Part shown: positions 40,108 to 54,265 of the stretch, piece by piece
How positions within the stretch are numbered: the stretch's first letter is position 1
Layout of the letters: every line of letters starts with the position of its first letter
From: Eledone cirrhosa
Taxonomy: Eukaryota
Reading direction: 5' to 3'
Length of the DNA stretch: 64,000 nt
NCBI GenBank assembly: GCA_964016885.1
Contig: OZ024744.1
Location: 111,600,001 to 111,664,000, forward strand
Program-made: the position numbers and the translations under genes
Notes under the pieces: model-generated
The model's input: only the letters and a program-made list of their open reading frames with translations
The model's database searches: none
Told to the model about the DNA's origin: nothing

Positions 40108-40194
40108 CACACACACACATATATATATATACATATACATACACACACATATGTATTTACATGAACAAAAATAGAGTACTTAATATAACAGTGT

Positions 40195-40237
<43 letters not shown>

Positions 40238-40324
40238 TATATATATATACATATACATACACACACATATGTATTTACATGAACAAAAATAGAGTACTTA
40301 ATATAACAGTGTACACACACAGAC

Positions 40325-40355
<31 letters not shown>

Positions 40356-40480
40356 TATATATATATACATATACATACACACACATATGTATTTACATGA
40401 ACAAAAATAGAGTACTTAATATAACAGTGTACACACACAGACATATATATATATACACACACACACATATATATATATAT
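40020..40480. repeat. Tandem repeat, 4 units of ~118-122 bp
   Basis: Core TTTACATGAACAAAAATAGAGTACTTAATATAACAGTGTACAC separated by CA/TA microsatellite. Confidence 0.92.
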
Positions 40481-40502
40481 ACATACACACATATATATAC
40501 AT

Positions 40503-40534
<32 letters not shown>

Positions 40535-41444
40535 GACTACATACACACATACATATATATATATATATGAATACACACACACACACACACATAACCACAA
40601 CTTGATATAGTTTGATAGTGATAATATACCATAACTTTAAGCTTCATTATTGAACCAATTTTCTAAGCCTTATCTTACACAATCCAATCAGTTCCTTACA
40701 ACTAGTTGTTAGTACATGGAGTTTCTGGTATTGCATCTTGGATTAATAACACTGTAGGGACCTAACTCATAAAACCGAAGCTCTATTTTAACAATGACCA
40801 TGAAAATGTAAAACCAACAAAGTGATTTCATAAGCTTCTTTGCCCTAACTAAAAGACAAAATAGATAACAATGTTCATGAAACAAACACATGCCAACTCC
40901 CACATATTGAATTCTCTTCCAACTCAATTTTAAAAATAACTGACAAATATAAATCTGTGTGTGAGATCTGTATTTACTACTGCCTTTTTAAGAGTTACTC
41001 TGCCATATGGTCTCAGATATATTGAAATAGCCACTCCACTTTGTGGCTAACTAACTCTGTCCCAATAGCTGAGTAGGGATGTGGTCCAGGGGCCAAAAAT
41101 GCCAGGAGTCTCCACTGCGACAGGCTCGACCACAAACCTATCAGAGAGCAGCTGATACTTTAACAGTTTACCCTCTTTGGCCTGGCACGTCAGCGAAACT
41201 TATTATATACTAATATTTAAAATTGTGGAGTGGGTCCAAGTTATTTCCCTTGGATAGTTAGTCACAGAGTAAAAATAAAAAATAAAGATATACAAGGGAA
41301 GGATAAATATAATGGCAGGTCGGAGATAAATAAAACTGAAATGTTCAAAACTTGAAAATGTTACAGTGTATTGCTAACTTTTTCATAACTCGCCCCATCC
41401 ACAAATCAATTTATATAGCATGTCTTTTAACTTATATGCAATCC

Positions 41445-41830
41445 TCATCATTTTACATCTGCTTCTCCATGTTTGCATGGGTTGGACAGGTCTTTTCCAA
41501 CATCACATTTCTCAACTCATCGCAGTCTGTGAGTTTCAGTGATTTGAGATCAGTTCTTACAACCTCCTCCCATGTCTTCCTCTACTGCAGCTTCCTTCTA
41601 CTGGGATTTCTTGGCACCTCTTCACCCAGCAATCATCATATGTCTATACAAACACAGTCTCCTCTCCTGCACATTACATCTTATTCCCCGTATACCCAGT
41701 TTTCCTCTCAGTTATCAATGCTTTGTCATTCACACACATTAACATAACACATCCATCAAAGCATGTTTTTTTTCCACTTCTCTCAAAACCTTCACATACC
41801 CTCTGCAGTCACTACCCATGTCTTGCTCCC
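41445..41830 (-). mobile_element. Old RTE LINE 3' fragment
   Basis: LGIRGIRCNVQERRL and RKTWEEVVRTDLK-like peptides, plus the tail GTCCAACCCATGCAAACATGGAG. Confidence 0.7.
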
Positions 41831-42401
41831 TTGCAACATTACATGCAGGCATCTTTAAATCTTCCAACTGTATTCTTAATGTTTATGAAAAAAATTCACA
41901 ACTAACCACGATGATTTCTAATTTAGCCACATAGCCAGCAATTTGAAAGGTGGGGGGGGGGGGGGGGGGGGTCATGTACTTAATTTTACTCACTCTTGAA
42001 GGATGAAAAGAAAAAGTTGACCACTGCAGGATTTGAACTTAGAATGAGAATGTAAAGTGCCAGAAAAAACACCTTTAGTCGCTTTTACTGATGTTCTAAA
42101 GCTCATGGCAATTAACTGTGGTTATACTCTTTACAAATGCCGTGAAGCCAGGATATAATAATGTAAACTCCCCATACTAACAACATATGCTGAAGATATC
42201 TTACTATCTTACTAGGATTGTTGGTTGTACATTGCTTAGCATTAAACTACTTCAAGTAACAATGTATTTTAACTAATGGAGATTATGATTATATGTGTGT
42301 CTATATATATATATACACACACACATGCGCACTCATATATACATACACACATACATGTGTGTACATATTTATATATATATGTGTGTGTGTGTGTGTATAT
42401 A

Positions 42402-42505
<104 letters not shown>

Positions 42506-42658
42506 CACATGTATGTGTGTATTAGAAATTTGATTAATTACATTATCTTAGTGGAGAAAAATAGAGAAGTTTTCATTTTAAAGAAGCATTATTAATTTGT
42601 ACTTTCATTTGGAGTAAAGAAATAAAACATGAACAACAACAACAAAAATAAGCAAACA

Positions 42659-42713
<55 letters not shown>

Positions 42714-42741
42714 AATATGTACACACACACGTGTGTGTGTG

Positions 42742-42776
<35 letters not shown>

Positions 42777-43347
42777 GCTGATACATATATCTGTACATAC
42801 AGCCATACATATATATATACATATACATACATATAGATATATATATAATTAATGGGGATATCCTATACATTTTTAACATCATCCAACATCTACTCTTAAC
42901 AAAAAAAAACAAAACAAAAAAAAAAAAAAACAATAAACAACATCTGGATCATTGCAATATAAATTATACCTCCTTCAATTAAATCCCAGAAGTGTCATGA
43001 AATAATTAATTAATAAAAAAAAAAATTAACCATGACTCATAAAAAATAAAGATTTTTAAAAAAAATGGCCTTTTTTCCCTTTTATTAAAAAAAAACAACA
43101 AAAAATAGAAGGTTGATTTTATAAATGAAAGCTCATCAATATGAGTGGCTAATGGATGTATTTTATTATTTAAAGCGTCAACATATAGCCACAGACATTC
43201 ATATAAGTTTTAGACTCTTCTAAAAATACAAACTCTGCCTCCGTCTCTCAATCATTTGTTTCCATTTTTCTCTATGATAGACACACAATACACATACATA
43301 TATTTTAGTTTTGCTATCAATATTTCTTATATATCCATACATATAAT

Positions 43348-43396
<49 letters not shown>

Positions 43397-43433
43397 ATAC
43401 ACATATATAATACACACACACACTCACACATAC

Positions 43434-43467
<34 letters not shown>

Positions 43468-44206
43468 ATATACACATTTATATATATACACACATTTATA
43501 TATAAATATATATATATATATATATCTATATATACACACATTTATATATAAATATATATATATATATAAAGGATGTTTTTCTTCCTTGTTTTCCTCTAAA
43601 TAGCAGACAGTGAGTATATCAAACTCTACAACAATCTGAATTTCGGGAGAATTCTGTGAGGGTGAGAATGATAGACAATAACAATAATAATAATAATAAT
43701 AATAATAATAATTGAAAAGGGGTGAGCAGGAAGTTAACTCAAAGTGAAATGTAAAAAAAAAATAATGATTAGAAATAAAAAATAAATAAACCAAAATAAA
43801 TTTCTCTGTGAAGCTTAATTTTATGATTAAAGCTTAAAGAGAAAAGGATAGCTGGAGGCAATAGAGGAGTATTAGAGGAAGAAAGATGAACAGTGATGAT
43901 AATGATGTGGTGGTGGTTGTTGTGGTGGTGGGGTAGGAGGTTATTATTGAAAATATCTTCGGATGTGATGGGGTTCGGGCATTGGAATAAAAAAAAAAAA
44001 TTTGGCAAATTTTGGGCAAATTTTAAAAAAAAACATTAATCAGTTTTTGTTATTTTCATTTATATTCATATATATATATATATATTTATTATATTATTTT
44101 TATCCAGGTAGATGTGAGTAAATTGTCCTTTATATACATAAAATATACACATCAGCCAAATATATATATACCACACATGCACATATATTAATATCCTGGT
44201 TATAGA

Positions 44207-44244
44207 ATTTAAGAATTTATGACAGGAGTATCAATTCTCCTAGA

Positions 44245-44278
<34 letters not shown>

Positions 44279-44312
44279 TCTAGAATTGATATTCCTGTTC
44301 ATAAATTCTTAA

Positions 44313-44314
<2 letters not shown>
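44207..44314. repeat. Short palindrome around (TA)n
   Basis: ATTTAAGAATTTATGACAGGAGTATCAATTCT / AGAATTGATATTCCTGTTCATAAATTCTTAAAT. Confidence 0.85.
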
Positions 44315-44344
<30 letters not shown>

Positions 44345-44828
44345 CAATAGTTATAATCAGGCAGTGTCATGTGCACCCATGCTTGATAACACTATATATA
44401 TATACACCATGTCACACTGGATTTCACAAAAAAAAATACCACATGTTCCAGATGCATCACACATAAAAAAAAATCATGAATTGATTGATTTAACAATAAT
44501 AATGATTATAATGATGATGACAATGACAATATATAAAATACAATCTGCATATCTGAAAATTTCAAAAATTAAGCAGGTTTTATTAATTATATACATGTCA
44601 GTAACTTATTTAGAATAAAGTAAAAAAAACTTTCAGCTTAACTTCAGTGGTGAAATAATTTCTTTTAAATCTGTTAATTATATTTCATGGATAGAATGGA
44701 CAAGTTGAATGTATGATTTATAGTAGTAGTGGTGGTGGTGGTAGTGGTGGCAGTAGCAATAATTGTGGTGGTAGTAGCAAATAGATTTTGAAAGACATTC
44801 TTTTCCTGGCTTTCATTAATGAGAATAG

Positions 44829-44869
<41 letters not shown>

Positions 44870-45406
44870 TAAATGTGAAGACTAAAATCCTAAGAGGGCT
44901 CGATAAGGATTATATATATATAAATATATATAAAAACCCGTAGAGAGAGAAATTGGTAGTTATCAGTTTAGACTAGTAACACCAGGTTCAGCTAAGTACT
45001 CAATACATAGGAAAGTAGTGTGGATACCTTGTAAAGAGTTAGTGCCCAACGGCTGAGCTGAAGCTGTTGAAATTGTGTGAGCCCAGAAGTTTTTACAATA
45101 TTAAGAAAATATCTATATGCGTGTGTAATTAATACACACATACATTTATTTTTTAAAAATTAATTGAGTTCTTAACACGCAGGATTGATAATGGTTTGAA
45201 AAAACTAATTAAACCACGTGTATATTATTTTACTTTTCTCGTGAATCGTGGTTGTCTCCCTTTTCCGCTTCGTGACGCTATGATACTTCCTCAGTCAAAA
45301 GACTGCTGGAATTTCAAATTTGGCGGTCATTCGATGCGTGAAGGAACAACTTAGCGGACACGAAAACTAACTGTGGTAAGGAATTTTTTCTTATATCAAA
45401 GTTTGA

Positions 45407-45536
45407 TGGGCTTCCACTGACGATTTATAAGTGCCCACCTAATTATTTTCTTACATGAAAATATGTTAGGCTTCTACATAAACTGGAAACATTCTCCAAA
45501 CTTGTAGAAAACTTATAATGAAACAATTGTTTGGAA
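45407..45536 (+). ncRNA. Type I hammerhead with expanded, branched stem II
   Basis: TTCCA-CTGACGA-t-TTATAAGT..[two hairpins]..ACTTATAA-t-GAAA-C aatt G-TT|TGGAA. Downstream sequence is shared with 11345-11480(-) and 50090-50265(+). Confidence 0.8.
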
Positions 45537-46494
45537 AGAGAGATATATTTTAACTTTAATTATATCTCATATAAAATAATACAACTGGGTTTCCACAAAA
45601 TACATATAGTTAGCACCCCAAACACTTAAATTGGGTTATACTAACGTATAACCTAATGTTTGTTGAGTGAGATGGTTACCAGTCGGAGTTTAGCTTAAAG
45701 CTATCTCTGTTATTGTATTAAATATATATATATATATATTCTTTGTTTGAGACAACTCCATTATTCATGCACACACACAAGAGATAGCTAGATAGTGCGA
45801 GGTAATCACAGTTATTGTGATGTTGTACCCACAAAATGTACATTGAACGACACACTGGATGGCTGTATTTGTCTCTTTGTAGTTCAGAAGACTTACACTT
45901 GTATTTAACTCTTAATATTCTGTTATAATTTAACAGAAAATATCTAGAAACAGGGTTTGGTAATTCAAATATTTATTGTATCTTGATTAGTGGACAGATT
46001 GTTGTGAACATTTGCAGTAAAATAAAGACTTCAATTTTTAATGTAATGCAGTCATAGTGGTGTTTTGTACTTTTGATGTCTTGATAATATGGTTTCATGT
46101 GGAATAAAACATTCAGCATTACAAACAAACAAAAATGAAGTGACAGGAAACTTTTTTCAACATCACTGATTGAAGACAAAGCATAGTGTAAAAAATAAAA
46201 ATAAGCAAGAGAAATTAATTAATGTTTATATCATTATAATATTAATACTAAATGAAATTAATATTGTTATTAAATTAAATTTCATACTCATATCAAGAAA
46301 TACACATATGTATATATATGATGTTTGAGCTTATATACATATATATATATATATAGATATATATATATATATATAGATATATATATGAATATATATATAT
46401 ATAAATATAGAGAGTATATACAAATTATGTATCTATATCTTTAAATATCTATCAATTTAGTAATAATAATAATAATAATAATAATAATATTAAT

Positions 46495-46900
46495 AATTGT
46501 TTCTACATTTGGCACAAGGCCAGCAATTACCCAGTACATTACTGGTACTTTATTTTATCGACCCCGTAAGGATGAAAGGCAAAGTTAACCTCGGCGGGAT
46601 TTGAACTCAGATCGTAAAGGGGCGTAACTATGCTGGAAAGCATGGAGTCCGACCCTCTACCTATACTGCCAATCCACTACTAATAATAGTTTCTGATTTA
46701 CGCACAAGGCCAATACATTTTTTTTTGGGGGGGGGGGTTAAATCGACCCCAGTGCGTGACTGGTACTTTATTTTATTGACCCCGCAAAGATGAAAAGCAA
46801 AGCCAGCCTTGGCAGGATTTGAACTCAGAACGTAAAGGGCTGTAATTATATGCTTTAAAGCATATTGCCCGACACTACTTAAACTGCCAATCCACCACCC
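46495..46900 (-). mobile_element. Two tandem SINEs (young 46495-46678, older 46686-46900)
   Basis: Nin-like cores and A/B boxes. Confidence 0.85.
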
Positions 46901-47029
46901 TTCTGATAATGATGATAACAATAGTAATGGTAAAAATTAACATGTATGAGTATATAGATTCATTGATTAAAACAGTTCAGATATGTAGCAGTGACATCAG
47001 TATGGGAATTTGGGATTTCTAAATGTTCT

Positions 47030-48275
47030 GTACTCAACGTGAAAAGAGGAAAGAAAGCAGCCTATAGTGGATTATGACTGCCATTGAGAGAAACCATGGG
47101 GGGGGAACTAGAAGATAGTGGCTAAGAGAAAGAATGGTGGCAGAGGCCACGTCAGTGTGGATTATTGTAGGAGTGAAAAGAGAACACTTGCAAAATATTT
47201 GATAAACAGTGATGAAGAGCTGTTGCAATATGCAGCAGAAAATATGGGCATAAATGCAGTAGAAATAGTTGGTAAGGAGGAGTTTAATCAAAGAGCTGAA
47301 AAGAAAAGATCTTCTAGAAATGAGAATATATATATAGTCACTTTGAAAGGAATAAACAAGATATCAAAGATAAAACAACATCGTGGACATGGCTTAAGCA
47401 AGGAGATTTGAAATGTGCTACTGAAGGCCACATAATTACATTGTAAGACCAAGTGCTTGCTACCAATTCAGTGAAGTATAACATCTACAAAAGTTCTATC
47501 ACCCAGAAATACAGGCTCTGTGGAAAGAATGTGGAGAATGTGGTCCACTTGGTAAATAGATGTGAGATCTTTGCACAAAGAAAATACAAGTGCTGCTAAG
47601 ATCAAGCCTGTCTATACCTTCAATGGCTTCTGTGTCATAAATACCAATATGAAGTCATAGAGAATTGGTATAAGTGTCTTGTAATGCAGGAGGATGGGAA
47701 AGTAATAATTGTTTCTACTTTTGGCACAAGGCCAGCAATTATCCCAGTGTATTACTGGTACTTTATTTTATCGACCCCGTAAGGATGAAAGGCAAAGTTA
47801 ATCTTGGCGGGATTTGAACTCAGAAAGTAACAATATTCTGGGATTATGATTGTCAAACTGATAGAGTAATTGAGCATCACTGATCTGACATTGTCATTTT
47901 GAACAAGACAAATACTGTCAGATCATCGACGTGGCCATACCAAATGACATATTGCAAGTAAAGAGGTTGAAGAAAATCACTTTGTAATCTGAATTGAAAG
48001 TGGAGCTGGCAAGAGTATTTGGAATGCAAGAGGATAATGTGAATGTGATACCAGTTGTGATTGGGACATTAGGGTCAATCCCATTGAAACTCTAAGACTT
48101 CTTAAAGTGGTTGGGAATACCATATAGGTTGGGTGTCATACAAAAGGTGATTTTGTTAGGTACTGCAGGCATTTTAAGGAAAGTATTATCTGTCTGAGCT
48201 CCTTGTTGCAACTTGACAAATGACTAAATACTCTGGTGCATTATCCATCTGCACTGCGTGACAGAGTGATAATAT
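47030..48275 (+). mobile_element. Degenerate R4/Dong-type 3' region with nested SINE (47706-47823, minus)
   Basis: WLKQGDLK.ATEG, RLCG..ENVVHLV..C, IFWD..QTDRVI, IIDVAIP, VIPVVIGTLG, QKVILLGTAGILRKVL. GAAAGTAA is duplicated around the SINE. Confidence 0.82.
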
Positions 48276-48521
48276 ATATATGGTATTAAAACAAAAAAAA
48301 TTCTTAGTTAAATTAATTTTTTCTATTGTCAATTTACAAATATCAATACATAATAATTATTTCTTTTTATTTTCCACAAATAATAATGGTAATGGTAAAA
48401 AATAACATGCGTATATACACAAAGGCACATCAAAGTCATTCTTCACCAGCATTTTTTTATATTTAAATTTTTTTCCATCTTTTTAAAAAATATTTTTTTC
48501 CAGAAAGCATATAGACTCACG

Positions 48522-48552
<31 letters not shown>

Positions 48553-48959
48553 GTTATAGAAACACATTCACAGAAGCATGTATCAGTGAATATAGCATCC
48601 TATCCCCACCCCATGGAATTTAAAGTTTTTGTGGAAGGAGAGTGAATTTATTTACCAGCATTAACAACCAAACAGGGTCACTGGCATATATGTACTGTTT
48701 GGCTGGACCTTTATTAGTTCCAATGTTGAATTTCCAGCAGTTCCTGCACATGAAATTTAATGTACAAATGGCTGAGCATTCAAAGCTTTAAATCATAGAT
48801 GCAGTCCATTTTGTATTATAGTGGAAGTGGCTGCACATTCTACAGACACCTAGGGCCATATTAAGACCTTGGGGGCAGTTCAGATTTGGGGGTTGGAGCT
48901 GTTTGACAAAGGGTGCCCAGGACATTTACCTCTTCTGTCCCTCCCCTGATAAATCTGGC

Positions 48960-49150
48960 CTGTACCCATAACATAGTTCTTAGGGAGATTCAGCATGACA
49001 CAGTGTGTGACAAGGCTGACATATCTAATTACAGGTACAACTTATTTTTGTCAGTTGAATGGACTAGATGATCATAAAATGAAGTGTCTTGCTGAAGGAC
49101 ACAACACAGTACTTGGTGTGGAAGGCAAGCTGACCACCATATGACTGAAC
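48960..49150 (-). mobile_element. Old CORE-type SINE (relatives at ~55700-56030 and ~63300-63620)
   Basis: AAGTGTCTTGCTGAAGGACACAAC, the reverse complement of a CORE-like motif. Confidence 0.55.
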
Positions 49151-49419
49151 AAAGTCACATTTCTTCCTATCCGTTAATGACAAAAGAAACCAAAAAGACA
49201 TCTACACTTCCATACAACAACATATATGCAAATAAATAAAAAGAAAGACACTACCAACTGCTGAATTAAATTTTTCAATGATTGTCAAATGTTAAATTCC
49301 ACATCATCTTGTGTGTGTTCAGAAAAAAATACACACGCAAACATACATAATTTATTAAATCTCTTCAGGACAGTGTACCAGCAGAGCCACAGTCTAACGA
49401 CAGACATCAGTAAGAGAAC

Positions 49420-49431
49420 ACACACACACGC

Positions 49432-49482
<51 letters not shown>

Positions 49483-49493
49483 TATATACATAC

Positions 49494-49534
<41 letters not shown>

Positions 49535-49943
49535 TATATACACATATTTATACATATATATATATATACATATATATTTATACATATATGTATATACACA
49601 TATTTATACATACATGTATATACACATATATATATACACATATATTTATACATATATATATATATATACACATATTTATACATATATATGTATATATATA
49701 TTTATACATATATGTATATACATATATATATATATATATTTATACATATATGTATATACACATATGTATATACATATATATATATATATATACATATATA
49801 TTTATACATATATGTATATACATATATATATATATACACATATTTATACATATATGTATATACATATATATATATATATACACATATTTATACATATATA
49901 TATACATATACATATATATATATACATATATATATATATACAC

Positions 49944-49974
<31 letters not shown>

Positions 49975-50090
49975 CATATATATTTATACATATATCATAA
50001 TCTATAATATATATATATATATACACATATATTTATACATATATATATATACATATATATACATATATATACACACATATATATTTATAT
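49420..50090. repeat. (TA)/(CA) microsatellite field
   Basis: Low complexity. Confidence 0.95.
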
Positions 50091-50984
50091 ACTTTAACTT
50101 TAATTATATCTCATAAAATAATACAACTGGTTTTTCCACATTATACATTTTGTTAGCACCCCAAACACTTAAATTGGGTTTATATTTTAATATAACCTAA
50201 TGTTTGTTGAGTGAGATGGTTACCAGTCAGAGTTTAGCTTTAAACTATATCTGTTATTGTATTAAAATGTTATACATATATATGTATAAATATATATTTA
50301 TACATATATATATACATATATATGTATAAACATATATACATATATATGTATAAATATATATACATATATATGTATAAATATATATATATATACATATTTA
50401 TGCATATATATAAACATATTCTGATTTTTAATGCAATGAAATACCAATGATGGTTGGCAAATCACTGATGAGGGACTAATTTTATAATATGTAATCCATG
50501 TGCAACCATGCAGTATTCTTCTCCCCATGTTTTTCATATACATATATATATATATATATACAGACATATATATATATACAAACTTAGATACATATACGTA
50601 TATACCTACATACATATATATATATATATATAAGTTAAAACAATGAAATAAAAAAATCAAATTTTAACTTATATCATGACTGTTTTCCTTTTAATGTTTT
50701 ATTGTTTTCCGGGATTCATTTTAACCTATTGTATTTTCACGGTAAAGGCTTTACTTCACACAATATCAAAGCTATGAGAAATTGATATTATTTATTTTGA
50801 GAACAATACCGTAACATCAGTATGAGTGGCCAGTTATGGTCGGTTTGAACTGAAAGAGGTGAGAGAATTTTGGCTGGATACAGCCGGTTTAAATGCTAAA
50901 GGTTAACACTAAAACGTTTTCAACATATGGATTACATTGAGTTCTTCATGCAGACTAGACCCCACAACTTACTGTGGGTATCTC

Positions 50985-51053
<69 letters not shown>

Positions 51054-51351
51054 GTATATATATATATATATAAAAGCGACATAAACACAACTATACATAC
51101 ATAGCATAGCAAAACAGTAGAGACTTATTTTAATTAGAAATCACTAGAAATTTTAAGGTTAATTATTATTGATAAACAACATTACTGCAGGCCTCTCCCT
51201 CTTCGTCTCACTATGTGTGTGTGTGTGTGTGTGTGTGTTTGTATGTGTGTATAAACACACACACACTTACACAAGAATTAGCAAAATAATAACAGTATCA
51301 AGAAGTTGGAAGCAGATCATATATAGAGGTAATATTAATAACTATTATTAT

Positions 51352-51528
51352 TGGACGCCATGCTTTCTAGCATAGAGTTACGTCCCTTTACGGTCTGAGT
51401 TCAAATCCCGGAGAGGTTAACTCTGCCTTTGCCTTTCCTGATTACGAGGGGGGGGGGGGGGTCGATAAAATAAAGTACCAGTAATACACTGGGTATTTGC
51501 TGGCCTTGTGCCAAAAGTAGAAACAATT
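51352..51528 (+). mobile_element. 5'-truncated SINE
   Basis: B box, core with a poly-G expansion, and tail. Confidence 0.85.
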
Positions 51529-51633
51529 ATTATTATGGCTATGAAGATGAATGAGAATATACACGGACAGGTAATAATGGAATCTCCATTATTACCTGTC
51601 TGTGTATATTCATATGTGCAGGTGTAAGTGAGG

Positions 51634-51684
<51 letters not shown>

Positions 51685-51696
51685 TATATATATATA

Positions 51697-51756
<60 letters not shown>

Positions 51757-51762
51757 TATATT

Positions 51763-52105
51763 TTATTCAAAATGTTAACAAATGAAAAATATTCTCGTAA
51801 TCAAAATATATATTTTATTATTCATATTTCAAAGGTTCAATGGTGTTTAAGTACGTCCTCATCAGACAAAAATATATGATTTGATATGTGAGATACCGCT
51901 ATGGTTTTAATTATTCAATTCCAGTATTGCCAATACTGGAATTGAATTGAACAATCAAGACCGTAGCGGTATGTCACATATCAAATCATATATTTTGTCT
52001 GATGAGGACGTACTGAAAAAAACAGTACAGTACCTTTGAAATATATATAGTAAAATATATATTTTGATAATGCAAATATTTTTCATTTGTTAACATTTTG
52101 AATAA
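51763..52105. repeat. Fold-back element with divergent hammerhead motifs
   Basis: Arms of ~170 bp centred near 51930. CTGATGA at 51999(+) and 51869-51875(-). Stem I ATATATTTTGT/GTAAAATATAT and GAAA-T atat A-TA. Confidence 0.85.
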
Positions 52106-52116
52106 TATATACACAC

Positions 52117-52206
<90 letters not shown>

Positions 52207-52566
52207 GCAAATTCAACATTTGTGCACTCAGGAAACACACCCATCACACATGTACGTGTATATATATATATATGCACATGTGTGTGAGTTTGCATGTGTC
52301 AGCATATATATATATATATATATCAGCATATATATATATATATATCAGCATATATATATATATATATATATATGTATGCATGTCCTAGCTTTGTGCAAGG
52401 AGGGAAGTTGGATAGGGTTATGGTAGGGGATATTGGATGGTAGTAACACACACACACATATGTGTGTGTAGACCCATACACAGAATATTGACTTGTTATG
52501 CAGAGTCAGTGTAACACCAAAATGTGAAGCTGTGCCAAATTGGTAAACTTATTACCATGAAAATAT

Positions 52567-53463
52567 AATTGTTTCTACTTTAGGCACAAGGCCAACAATT
52601 ACCCAGTACATTACTGGTACTTTATTTTATCGACCCCGTAAGGATGAAAGGCAAAGACAACCTCGGCGGGATTTTGAAGTCAGATCGTTAAGGGACGTAA
52701 CTATGCTAGAAAGCATGGCGTCCAACCTGATAATGGTAGTAATAATTGTTTCTACTTTTGGCACAAGGCCAGCAATTATACCGGTGTATTACTGGTACTT
52801 TATTTTATCGACCCTGTAAGGATGAAAGTCAAATTGAACCTCAGCGGGATTTGAAATCAGACCATAAAGGGCCGTAATTCTATGCTGCAAAGCATGGTGT
52901 ACGACCCCCTACTGCTGGCACAAGGCCGACAATTTGTGGGAGGGGGAGAAGACAATTATACTGACCCTGGTACATTACTGCTACTATATTTTATCAACAT
53001 CAGAAAGGATGAAAGGTAAAGTTGACCTCAACAGGTTTTGAATTGAGAACATAAAAAGCAGAAACTCTACCAATTCTGACAATCCACTAAATAATTGTTT
53101 CCACTTTAGGCACAAGGCCAGCAATTATCCCAGTGCATTACTGGTACTTTATTTTATCGACCCCCGTAAGGATGAAAGTCAAAGTTAACACTGGCGGAAT
53201 TTGAACTCAGACTGTAAAGGGCCGTAACTCTTTGCTGCAAAGCATGGCGTCCGACCCTCTACCAATACTGCCAATATAATTATTTCTACTTTTGGCACAA
53301 GGCTAGCAATTATCCCAGTGCATTACTGGTACTTTATTTTATCGACCCCCGTAAGGATGAAAGGCAAAGTTAACCTCGGCGGGATTTTGAACTCAGACCA
53401 TAAAGGGCCGTAACTCTTTGCTGCATAGCATGGCATCCGACCCTCTACCGATACTGCTAATCC
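52567..53463 (-). mobile_element. Head-to-tail cluster of five SINEs
   Basis: Copies start near 52567, 52744, 52915 (older), 53093 and 53278. Confidence 0.9.
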
Positions 53464-53669
53464 CAGCACAGAAACAAAAAAAAAGGCCAGCTTTTTTTGT
53501 TATAAGGAAGTGTTTAACAGAGTGAGATGCATTATATCATTTAACCAGCTATACACACATCCTCACCCCTCTCTGGTTTGTTGTAACTCTTTACTCCTTC
53601 CCTCACCCACTCCCTTAATATATCAACTTCTTGGGAGTCATTCAGGAACACCAACACACACCCACACAT

Positions 53670-53717
<48 letters not shown>

Positions 53718-53847
53718 CGTCGCTCCCCCCATAACCAATCTCCTTCTGAACCAAAAGAGAAAATTATATAAAAATGGCACCCCCCACCCTGCTTCCTCCA
53801 CACATGGAAATTAATGTTGAAACCATAGTATATAAATGTGACAAGAC

Positions 53848-53886
<39 letters not shown>

Positions 53887-53910
53887 CATCACTGTTATAT
53901 ATATATATAT

Positions 53911-53946
<36 letters not shown>

Positions 53947-53993
53947 GTGGGTGTTTGTGTGTGCATGTGTGAAGGCATATATATATACACATA

Positions 53994-54047
<54 letters not shown>

Positions 54048-54234
54048 ATTGTAAATGAAAGAAAAAAGAAGAAAACAATAGTTTTGGAGAGTTTAAGACA
54101 AGTATGATGTAGTGTGGATCAGAGAAAAAACATGATGACAATGATAATGGCAAGGGCAGTGGCAGTGGCAGCCATATTGTTTTAGAAAGAGGAACAATAA
54201 CAGTGATAATGATCATAACAATATTAATAATAAC

Positions 54235-54265
<31 letters not shown>

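Noticed and set aside
40020-40480. CRISPR-like regular repeat
   Set aside because: The spacers are near-identical microsatellite, there are no cas genes, and the context is eukaryotic.
33575-40600. Long ORFs such as 37375-39303 (642 aa) rich in Y/I/C/V/H/T
   Set aside because: Translations of TA/CA microsatellites that lack stops by composition.
48850-48962. Possible hAT-like MITE (AGGGCCATATTA..TAAATCTGGCCTG), plus lone TIR-like ends near 19864 and 50906
   Set aside because: The TIRs are degenerate or unpaired and no TSD could be verified.
50459-50530. CTGATGA-GGGA..TCCC motif
   Set aside because: No GAAA or stem I partner follows.
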